In this document: one piece after another, positions 10,336 to 17,910 of the stretch
How positions within the stretch are numbered: the stretch's first letter is position 1
How the letters are laid out: every line of letters starts with the position of its first letter
The notes under the pieces: generated by a model
What the model saw: only the letters and a program-made list of their open reading frames with translations
Database searches by the model: none
Told to the model about the DNA's origin: nothing
From: an uncultured Bacteroidales bacterium
GTDB lineage: Bacteria > Bacteroidota > Bacteroidia > Bacteroidales > Paludibacteraceae
Assembly (NCBI GenBank): GCA_902799705.1
Contig: CADCBP010000002.1
Coordinates: forward strand, 28,181 to 92,180
Length of the DNA: 64,000 nucleotides
Direction: 5' to 3'
Translations under genes and position numbers: made by a program

Positions 10336-11279
10336 TAGAAGAAAAGAAACGCCGCGTGGCTTATATCAACGAGATGATAGAGAGCAATCATGCAGCAGAG
10401 TTGGTAAAAGAAGGTGAGGATTATCATTCCGAGCAACTCACGAGTATTGCCAAAGAGATATGCGCCCGTCCCGAAGTGCGCGTAGTACTGATAGCCGGTC
10501 CTTCGTCAAGTGGCAAAACGAGCACCAGTCACCGTCTGTGTCTGGAGTTGTTGGCTCAAGGCAAACAGCCGGTAGCGTTATCGTTGGACAACTGGTACGT
10601 AGATGGTACACTGACACCGCTTAAGGCGGACGGGACGAAGGACTATGAATCGGTGTATGCGATTGATCTCAAGCAGTTGGAGTCTGATCTGAAGGCATTG
10701 ATAGCCGGTAAGGAGATTGCATTGCCGACTTTCAATTTCGCGGAGGAGAGACGCGAGTATATGGGAGATACGTTGCAGTTGGAGCGTGACGGTATATTGG
10801 TGATGGAAGGTATCCATGCGCTTAATCCTATTCTCACGGAGCATATTGATGCGTCGAGTAAGTTCAAGGTCTATGCGGCGCCGATGAGTTCGATCTCGCT
10901 GGACGGCGAGCGTTGGGTGCCGACGTACGTGAACAGGTTGTTGCGGAGAATGAGCCGCGACCTACGTACGCGCGGCAAGTCGCCGCTTATGACGCTATCC
11001 GTATGGCCGTCGGTGGTGGAGGGGGAGGCGCAATGGATAGAGCCGTTCAAGAAAGAGGCGGATGCCCTCTTCGATACCTCGATGACATACGAAATGTCGG
11101 CCTTGCGTATGACGGTAGAGACGGCTTTGCAGACAGTCCCTGCGAGTGTCGAAGAATATGAGACAGCGAAGTTATTGCTTTTCTATCTGAATTTCTTCGA
11201 ACCTCTGCCTTCTTCCTTTATTCCGCGCACGTCTATTTTGCGCGAATTCATCGGTGGAAGTCAGTTCAACGTGGGATAG
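10332..11279 (+). CDS. uridine kinase/phosphoribulokinase-family nucleoside kinase
   Basis: 315 aa. P-loop IAGPSSSGKTSTS and a DNWY...EGIHALNP layout typical of the Udk-like family. There is an ATGA overlap with the priA stop. Confidence 0.7.
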   Translation: MIEEKKRRVAYINEMIESNHAAELVKEGEDYHSEQLTSIAKEICARPEVRVVLIAGPSSSGKTSTSHRLCLELLAQGKQPVALSLDNWYVDGTLTPLKADGTKDYESVYAIDLKQLESDLKALIAGKEIALPTFNFAEERREYMGDTLQLERDGILVMEGIHALNPILTEHIDASSKFKVYAAPMSSISLDGERWVPTYVNRLLRRMSRDLRTRGKSPLMTLSVWPSVVEGEAQWIEPFKKEADALFDTSMTYEMSALRMTVETALQTVPASVEEYETAKLLLFYLNFFEPLPSSFIPRTSILREFIGGSQFNVG

Positions 11280-11748
11280 AGTGTTATTGCCCTTCGGGCG
11301 TGTATATTTGATAGAAAAAAACATATAAAACACGCTGACGCGCAAAAACATATAAAAAATATTGTATTAAATCAAAAACGCGGCGGTACGACCTTTCGGT
11401 CTAATGTTTATCGTCTATTAGTCGCTCGTGAGCAAGCTCCCAGCGCCTAATACCCGCTAATCATCACGTACAACTAAAAGTTGTCCGTCCGCCTTACAAA
11501 AATACGGGCTTTGCCCTTACAAAAAATCGTTTCGCTACGCTTCACTTTCAAAAATCCATTCGGCGCGTAGGGACATTGACGAGAGAGAGAATGAGGAAAT
11601 CAAAAATGTCCAAAAATCCATGCGGGACAAAGCCTTCAAAAGCTATAAAACTAAATAAAGCATTGCTGCCGAAGGTAAAAACATACAAAAACAATTTTTC
11701 AGTTGTCACAGCTACTGACAGTATATACAGTAGTATGGTCCGGGAATA

Positions 11749-13203
11749 ATGCATCGTGGTAAAATATACATAGTGCTAATAGCCTGTTTGGCAATGATAT
11801 CTTGTTCACCAAAGGCATTGCGGGAAGCGGAAGAAGTGGTGGCGCAGGCGGACAGTCTGCGTGCGGCGGGACAGATGTACGGCATTGATGCCGGCGACAG
11901 CGCAACCCTCGCGCAAGCCTATGAGACATTAGGCTACCTTTCACTTTTCAATTTTCATTTTTCACCTTCCTACGCCCACGCTTGCTATCATTACGGCCGT
12001 TTGTTGCGCGAGAAGGACAATCCCGTAGAGGCGGTGCAATGTTTTATTGATGCTTCGCACACTCGTACGCACGATTATCATATTCTCGGGCGCGTATATA
12101 GTAATATGGGCTCTATCTGCCATTTGGCAGGAGAATTTCCATTGTCTTACGACATGTACAAGAAATCTGCCGATATGTTCCTGCATAATGGGGATAGTAC
12201 GGCGTATTTTTATGCACTCAATGATATGGCATTTGAGCTGGCGGAAAATAGGGAATTCAAATTGGCATTATGTTTATTGGATAGTATAAAATTGAATTGC
12301 ACATCCTCCGCTGTTATTGCTAAAACAAATGAGACAAGAATCATATTATTTAAGCATACTCATCAGTACGATTCTATATTATATTATTTTGATTCTGTGC
12401 CTTCCTATATAAATAATGAGCCTCTGGTCTTAATTTCCAAGGCTCAAGCGTTTTGCTATCTCCAACAATATGATTCAGCAACCTGTTATGCTACTAGAAC
12501 GCTTCAGGCATCAAATGATTTATATGACCGTAATAATGCATTTTATATTTTAATTCATTGTGATAGTATACATAATGGGAATAGAGTATATAGTTTAAAT
12601 GCCGATCGATCGGACGTACAGAAGTTATTAGAAATTCGTCAAGGCAAATTGTCTCAAGCCGTTCAACTATTAGAACAAGATTTGCATCGCAAGCCGAATT
12701 TAGGGTGGTTGTATGCCGTATGTGCAACGCTTATTGTTGTCGGACTCGTTGTGTTCCTATACGTGTACAGAAAACGTCGCCAACGTTCGCTGCTCTCGCA
12801 ACAAGTCGAAGACTTAACCATTCAAAATAAAGAGGCGGAAGAGCGACAAGCAAAGCAATACCATGAACGCCTTCGTCAGATCCAAGAGAATTGCGAGGTA
12901 CTCGCATGTTCGGACAATGTGATGGATTCTATCCAATGGAAAAAATATGAAAACTTTTGCGAATTCATAAATGCTCACTTCTTCTTACTGGCAGATAAAC
13001 TTAAAGCTACCGGTTGTCTCAATGAAAAAGAAATACGCCTTTGCGTGCTCGTTTTGATCGGATCTTTATCTGATAAGCAGATGGCAAACATTCTATATTA
13101 TTCTTATAAATCCATTCGAAGCACGAAGCGAACTCTCGCGATAAAATTAGGAACCACCAGTGCAAATTTACGCTCGTTTTTGATGAAAAAAGCGGCAAAA
13201 TAA
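11749..13203 (+). CDS. membrane-anchored one-component regulator: lipoprotein signal, TPR-like sensor region, one TM, coiled coil, C-terminal LuxR-type HTH
   Basis: 484 aa. Lipobox LIACLAMISCS, TPR-like helices, TM LGWLYAVCATLIVVGLVVFLYVY, charged coiled coil, and a C-terminus LNEKEIRLCVLVLIGSLSDKQMANILYYSYKSIRSTKRTLAIKLG that matches the LuxR/GerE HTH pattern. Confidence 0.6.
   Translation: MHRGKIYIVLIACLAMISCSPKALREAEEVVAQADSLRAAGQMYGIDAGDSATLAQAYETLGYLSLFNFHFSPSYAHACYHYGRLLREKDNPVEAVQCFIDASHTRTHDYHILGRVYSNMGSICHLAGEFPLSYDMYKKSADMFLHNGDSTAYFYALNDMAFELAENREFKLALCLLDSIKLNCTSSAVIAKTNETRIILFKHTHQYDSILYYFDSVPSYINNEPLVLISKAQAFCYLQQYDSATCYATRTLQASNDLYDRNNAFYILIHCDSIHNGNRVYSLNADRSDVQKLLEIRQGKLSQAVQLLEQDLHRKPNLGWLYAVCATLIVVGLVVFLYVYRKRRQRSLLSQQVEDLTIQNKEAEERQAKQYHERLRQIQENCEVLACSDNVMDSIQWKKYENFCEFINAHFFLLADKLKATGCLNEKEIRLCVLVLIGSLSDKQMANILYYSYKSIRSTKRTLAIKLGTTSANLRSFLMKKAAK
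11940..11967. repeat. tandem heptamer repeat (TTCAnnT x4) inside the regulator CDS
   Basis: ttcactt ttcaatt ttcattt ttcacct read directly. It encodes LFNFHFSP in frame. Confidence 0.8.
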
Positions 13204-13327
13204 TATAACAGGAAGAGGAGATAAATCAAAAAAACTACATCGACATTCCACTAAAATCCTGTAAATCAGCAGTTTACACAAACACACAAAACTACACTCT
13301 TTTCTTGTAGAGGTGTAAAAAAAGCAG

Positions 13328-13335
13328 TAATTTTG
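13328..13335 (+). promoter_or_regulatory. -7 box TAATTTTG upstream of the secreted-protein operon
   Basis: cagTAATTTTGcgg lies about 80 nt upstream of the ATG at 13417. Confidence 0.5.
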
Positions 13336-13416
13336 CGGCGTCAAACAACAAAACGTTTGGCGTTGCTTCGTTTTTTATTGTAACACCATAATATAACCTA
13401 ATTAAAATTCAATCTT

Positions 13417-13812
13417 ATGAAAACAAAATTTTTTACTCTTGTATTGTCAGCACTCTTTTTGATGCCATGCGCACTTCGCGCAGAAGAAGTAGTTATCCAG
13501 TTGATGGAAGTAGTAACGATGAGTCCTATTCCGGGCGATGATCCATTGGATGGACCAGAACAATCAGGTAATAATCCTACGCGCCCAAATGATTTCCGCG
13601 CAACTGTTGACGGGCATTTCTTGCGTGTCACTAAACAAAATGCGAATATCACGTCTGCGCAGGTAGCCGTAGTGAACGCATCCAACGGAGGTTTGGTATT
13701 GAATCAAGTCATGACAGAATCCATGGAAGAGATCATTTCCAACAACGGCGTGTATGTACTGCATATCGAAACCGAAGGCGGTGCCATCGTCGGACAATTT
13801 ATTGTACAATAA
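13417..13812 (+). CDS. small secreted protein, DUF3244-like, with a T9SS-CTD-like beta-sandwich tail
   Basis: 131 aa. Signal peptide MKTKFFTLVLSALFLMPCALRA. The pattern ATVDGHFLRVT...AQVAVVNASNGGLV...NGVYVLHIETEGGAIVGQFIVQ matches my memory of the DUF3244/CTD pattern. No alignment was run. Confidence 0.5.
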   Translation: MKTKFFTLVLSALFLMPCALRAEEVVIQLMEVVTMSPIPGDDPLDGPEQSGNNPTRPNDFRATVDGHFLRVTKQNANITSAQVAVVNASNGGLVLNQVMTESMEEIISNNGVYVLHIETEGGAIVGQFIVQ

Positions 13813-13831
13813 TTTTAGTTAGTACATAACT

Positions 13832-15715
13832 ATGAAGAAGTCATTTTTGCTATATGCGTTTATACTTATAAATAGCTTGTCTTTGTGGGCTTATGACATC
13901 ACTACATCAGCATTCATTTATGGGCGCACAACATCCACGGCTACAAGTAATTACCCTTCTGGCTCTATTCCTATGGGTGTTCGACGTATTAACTTTAAAA
14001 ATCTCACTAATAATGTTGCACCAGAATTGGAAACAGCTCTAAGCGCTGCCTCTGGGATTTTTACGGATGCGATGTTGCGTGAAAGGATCGATATTGTTCC
14101 GTTGGATGTTACAATTTTGATGGACGATATCGGTCCAGATGAGAATGTTATATGCAAAGTGGAGATCAATTATGCAGATACTGTAGGTTTCCATCCTAAT
14201 TACCCAAGTTTTAGTTGGTATGAGACTTCATATGATGAGCGCGTCCTTTTACCAATGGCTATGATTAATCAAAGTCAACGCAAAAGTGGTGGTACGGCTA
14301 TGCGCATTACGCTCAGACCCAACGTTACATATCATTACGGGATAGATCCAGCTCAGGAAGGGGAATATGACGCGATTACTATTTTATTACGTGCATTAGC
14401 AATGGGTTGCGGAATACAGAGCACATTTAACCCTGAGACAAAGACAGTAGGATATGTTTCGGGCGAAAAGGTCTATGTTAATGCTTTTGATACGCAAATT
14501 TTTAATGAGGATCATGTATCTCTTGTCAGCGTTGCGGATGGAGATGTTGCTGCAGATGCTTTTTTTTCGGAGAAAGGCATCTATGCATATGGATATTTTG
14601 GCCCAGCAGACGAGAGGCAAGTGTACTTGCAAAACGAAAAAGCAATTGCTCCACTTTTCCCTTATTCTGAACTGACAGCTAATACAATTGTTCCAGATAA
14701 TTATACAGAAAATGAAATACAAGAAGACTTCTATGATTTATTAGAATCCTACCTGCCGCCTGAAACATCTATTCGCGTTGTTACTCCATATACGATGGCG
14801 TTACTCAGGCAATTAGGCTGGATGTATAATATTCCCGTAGGGCCCGGAGATGGATTCGCAGATTTATATAATTGCCAATTAATTTGCAATGATTCAACAT
14901 TATCACCAAACACATCGTATTCTATCGGTTTAAATCGCAGTTCAGTGGTTCTGGAAAATGCAGGTTTGCACTGCGAGTTACAAAGCATAGATAGTGTATA
15001 CGATATCGGTTCTTTTAGCAGTGGTTATATTGATGGATATACGTTTACATATAGTACCATTCCTGCCAATGTGCAATGGCGTCGTAACCCTATATCTAAA
15101 AATATCATAGGCCAAATTAGAGGGACTGCGAGTATGTTTGTCGATACATATAAATCACAAACAAAACTTTGTGACATTGAGATTCCTTATAGGCCGAACC
15201 ACCCGTTAGTCCAAAGGAATGAGAGCGCTTCGCAAGGTAACGTATTAATGAATCTATCGGTATTCGCCAATGGTAGCAACACTTATACGATGACGTATGT
15301 AGGCTGGGCTGATTCTATATCTCACACCGAAACTATTACGAAAGATGCTATTGACACAATTTTGATTTTACCTGCCACACAACTCTATGACTTTACCATA
15401 TATGGCACAAATTCGCAAGGTAATAGCGACTCATGCCATTTTACAATGGGTGCATCCGTTATACCTCCCTTATATTTGAATGTAAGCGTTCACGGAAGTA
15501 TCATGCAATATTACTTGGATTCCAATCATTCACAAAATATACCGTGTGTAAACATTAGTTCCGTGGTAGTAACTAACCCTCAAGGGTTGATATATATTAC
15601 ATCTAATGCTTCCCCAGGGGATGAAATAAATATTTCTTCTTTATCGCGTGGTTACTATATTATATCTGTAGTAGCTAATGGATCAACATATAGCAAAATA
15701 TTTTATAAGAGATAA
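13832..15715 (+). CDS. large secreted protein of unknown function with a T9SS C-terminal sorting-domain-like tail
   Basis: 627 aa. Signal peptide MKKSFLLYAFILINSLSLWA. C-terminus INISSLSRGYYIISVVANGSTYSKIFYKR. No HExxH or other catalytic motif was recognised. Confidence 0.55.
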   Translation: MKKSFLLYAFILINSLSLWAYDITTSAFIYGRTTSTATSNYPSGSIPMGVRRINFKNLTNNVAPELETALSAASGIFTDAMLRERIDIVPLDVTILMDDIGPDENVICKVEINYADTVGFHPNYPSFSWYETSYDERVLLPMAMINQSQRKSGGTAMRITLRPNVTYHYGIDPAQEGEYDAITILLRALAMGCGIQSTFNPETKTVGYVSGEKVYVNAFDTQIFNEDHVSLVSVADGDVAADAFFSEKGIYAYGYFGPADERQVYLQNEKAIAPLFPYSELTANTIVPDNYTENEIQEDFYDLLESYLPPETSIRVVTPYTMALLRQLGWMYNIPVGPGDGFADLYNCQLICNDSTLSPNTSYSIGLNRSSVVLENAGLHCELQSIDSVYDIGSFSSGYIDGYTFTYSTIPANVQWRRNPISKNIIGQIRGTASMFVDTYKSQTKLCDIEIPYRPNHPLVQRNESASQGNVLMNLSVFANGSNTYTMTYVGWADSISHTETITKDAIDTILILPATQLYDFTIYGTNSQGNSDSCHFTMGASVIPPLYLNVSVHGSIMQYYLDSNHSQNIPCVNISSVVVTNPQGLIYITSNASPGDEINISSLSRGYYIISVVANGSTYSKIFYKR

Positions 15716-15717
15716 CT

Positions 15718-16182
15718 ATGAAAAAAATATTCATCGCGATATTGTCGTGGGTGTGTTCGAGCACTCTTTGTTTCTCAATAGATGTGTCTCCTTGCGAAAC
15801 CTACCCTGACTTTTACCCAAGATGCATAGTTCGTGGGAATTGTATGAAGTACTATTTATTTGAAGGGAAAGACAAATTAGAAATAGTTGCCGATAGTGTA
15901 TGGATAAACAATCAGGAAGGGGAGACAATCATGATTGTTCGCGAGCGACAAGGAGAACAAGTTGATATTTCTTCTTTATATAGGGGTTATTATATATGCA
16001 ATTTTCAAATAGGAGATTGTATTGGTGCAGATATGTTTTATAATCGCAAAAATCCCGAGGAAGATATACTCACTCCGGATAAAGAACTCATTCCCGCATC
16101 GAAACTCCTCCATGACGGACAAGTGTTAATTCTCAAAGAAAACAAAAAATATACTATAGACGGCAAAGTAATAGAATTATGA
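15718..16182 (+). CDS. small Cys-rich secreted protein with a CTD-like segment
   Basis: 154 aa. Signal peptide MKKIFIAILSWVCSSTLC. It has VDISSLYRGYYICNFQIG (compare the preceding protein) and the tail KLLHDGQVLILKENKKYTIDGKVIEL. The start lies 2 nt after the previous stop. Confidence 0.5.
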   Translation: MKKIFIAILSWVCSSTLCFSIDVSPCETYPDFYPRCIVRGNCMKYYLFEGKDKLEIVADSVWINNQEGETIMIVRERQGEQVDISSLYRGYYICNFQIGDCIGADMFYNRKNPEEDILTPDKELIPASKLLHDGQVLILKENKKYTIDGKVIEL

Positions 16183-16207
16183 AGTCTTTTCACAAGTTCT
16201 CTTGTAG

Positions 16208-16846
16208 ATGTGGGAGGATTATTGCCTATGTTATTATAAATTTAACAGATGTACAATGAAACTTATAAATAAAACCAATCTCTGTATCATGTCGATGGAA
16301 TTAATATTCATATTGGCATTTATCAAAAGTATTGATATTCCAGTTTATTTTGGATCGGACTGGGAGTTTATCGGATGGAGCAACTTATTTCTGCACCATC
16401 CCGGAAATTTTGTGGCGCTCCTGTGTATAATGGGCTTGATATGGAGCCAGTGCGTGAGTTGGGCGTTGCGGCATAAGTTAAAAGGATCACCAGATACACT
16501 GCCTATAAAAATCAACAATATTAAAAACAAGGACACAGAATACATGTCTTTGCTATTTACTATTTTAACAATTGTCAGTTTTGACTTCAGCAACATAAGG
16601 GATATTATTGTTTTTGTGGTTGTATTCTGTATTTATTGCGTCTTACTAAAAAGGACAGATTGGTATGCTGCCAGCCCGATATTAGCTTTAAAAGGGATTC
16701 ACCTCTACGCAGGAGAAACAAATAAGTTGCCTCAAGATACCATATTTCTATCATATGGAGAGATTCCCATAGAAGAAGGGGAAATAATACGTCCTTTTCA
16801 AAAAATCTCCAAAACTGTCTATTGGCTTTATCCTAATGCGCAATAG
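16208..16846 (+). CDS. multi-pass membrane protein, KwaA-like (candidate Kiwa component A)
   Basis: 212 aa, or 196 aa from the alternative ATG at 16256. There are 3-4 hydrophobic helices (ELIFILAFI, NFVALLCIMGLIWSQCVSW, MSLLFTILTIVSF, IIVFVVVFCIYCVLL). It ends 22 nt before the DUF4868-like gene. The call rests on architecture and context only. Confidence 0.45.
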   Translation: MWEDYCLCYYKFNRCTMKLINKTNLCIMSMELIFILAFIKSIDIPVYFGSDWEFIGWSNLFLHHPGNFVALLCIMGLIWSQCVSWALRHKLKGSPDTLPIKINNIKNKDTEYMSLLFTILTIVSFDFSNIRDIIVFVVVFCIYCVLLKRTDWYAASPILALKGIHLYAGETNKLPQDTIFLSYGEIPIEEGEIIRPFQKISKTVYWLYPNAQ

Positions 16847-16868
16847 TAATGCATAAAATGACATAGTT

Positions 16869-17882
16869 ATGACAAAAGAAGAATTACAAGAAAAGCTGGA
16901 TGGGCTAATCGCCCAAGAAGGAAGCAGTATGAATTTGTATTTCATCCTGCACCAACGAGATGAATATATCTTGAAAAAAGCAAATGTTAAGAACGAAGCA
17001 CTTACTCCGATTAGGAATGTACTACGTGACAATCTAGTGCAACTTCGACAGATGATGGATGAGGACACCTTTGCAGTGTTGAATCTATCCGGAGCTGAAG
17101 ACAGAAAAAATGTAATCTATCAGTATGACATGGAAGATGAGCTTCGTCCGATTTCACTAATGAAAGAAGTAGACGAGCATTTGTTTGATGGCAACTACTT
17201 CACATCAGATAATAACCGCATCTTCGACTCCGCCACTGATACATTCGACGAGGTAGATGCTTGGATCGCAAGTTATGGAGTAGAGGGGAATCATCTTATC
17301 ATATATCGCAAAACTTTTTCAGTTAATCTTTTGAAAAAGGAACGAAATGTCTTCGTTTTTAAAGGCACAGAGCAAATCGATATCCTAAAGGATGATATTT
17401 TTAGGATTGATGGTAAAATAGATTTCTTCCTGTTGGATAACACAGCTTTGATTTACAATATATCCATCTTGGAGAAATTCAATGACTTTAAAGATATTGT
17501 GCAACGCTCTGCCCGTAATTCATTGCAACAGATTGCTGCAGCGGATTTAGTTAGTGATATCGCAAAATTACAAGAGAGGGCGCAAGACGACATCTCATTT
17601 GCAAGAAAGTTGATCAAAGTGACAACGAATGCCCTAATTCTTAATGTGGTCAGCAAGGAAACAATCGTTCAATTTGCGAGGACGCACGCTTATCTGTCAA
17701 AAAGATTGAAGGTATCTGCGGATAATAAATTTGAATTAGATAAAAAGACTTCACAAAATCTATTTGTCCAATTATTGGATGATGCCTTTCTTCATTCCGA
17801 ATTGTCAAGCAATGATTATCTTTCACCGGGGAAAGACAGATTATCTTCTGAAGAAGCGCCCGCCAATGCAGACAATTTATAG
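16869..17882 (+). CDS. DUF4868-like cytoplasmic protein, KwaB-like (candidate Kiwa component B)
   Basis: 337 aa, soluble. The size, the position after a ~200-aa multi-TM protein, and segments such as DDISFARKLIKVT and KKTSQNLFVQLLDDAFLHSEL fit my recollection of KwaB/DUF4868. This was not verified by alignment. Confidence 0.5.
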   Translation: MTKEELQEKLDGLIAQEGSSMNLYFILHQRDEYILKKANVKNEALTPIRNVLRDNLVQLRQMMDEDTFAVLNLSGAEDRKNVIYQYDMEDELRPISLMKEVDEHLFDGNYFTSDNNRIFDSATDTFDEVDAWIASYGVEGNHLIIYRKTFSVNLLKKERNVFVFKGTEQIDILKDDIFRIDGKIDFFLLDNTALIYNISILEKFNDFKDIVQRSARNSLQQIAAADLVSDIAKLQERAQDDISFARKLIKVTTNALILNVVSKETIVQFARTHAYLSKRLKVSADNKFELDKKTSQNLFVQLLDDAFLHSELSSNDYLSPGKDRLSSEEAPANADNL

Positions 17883-17910
17883 TACAATAACCTTTTAAAT
17901 TTTTACTGTT

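Noticed and set aside
11548-11944. Small minus-strand ORFs (68 and 81 aa) in or near the 11.3-11.75 kb gap
   Set aside because: They have no promoter or start context. One overlaps the regulator gene antisense, and the sequences are low-complexity.
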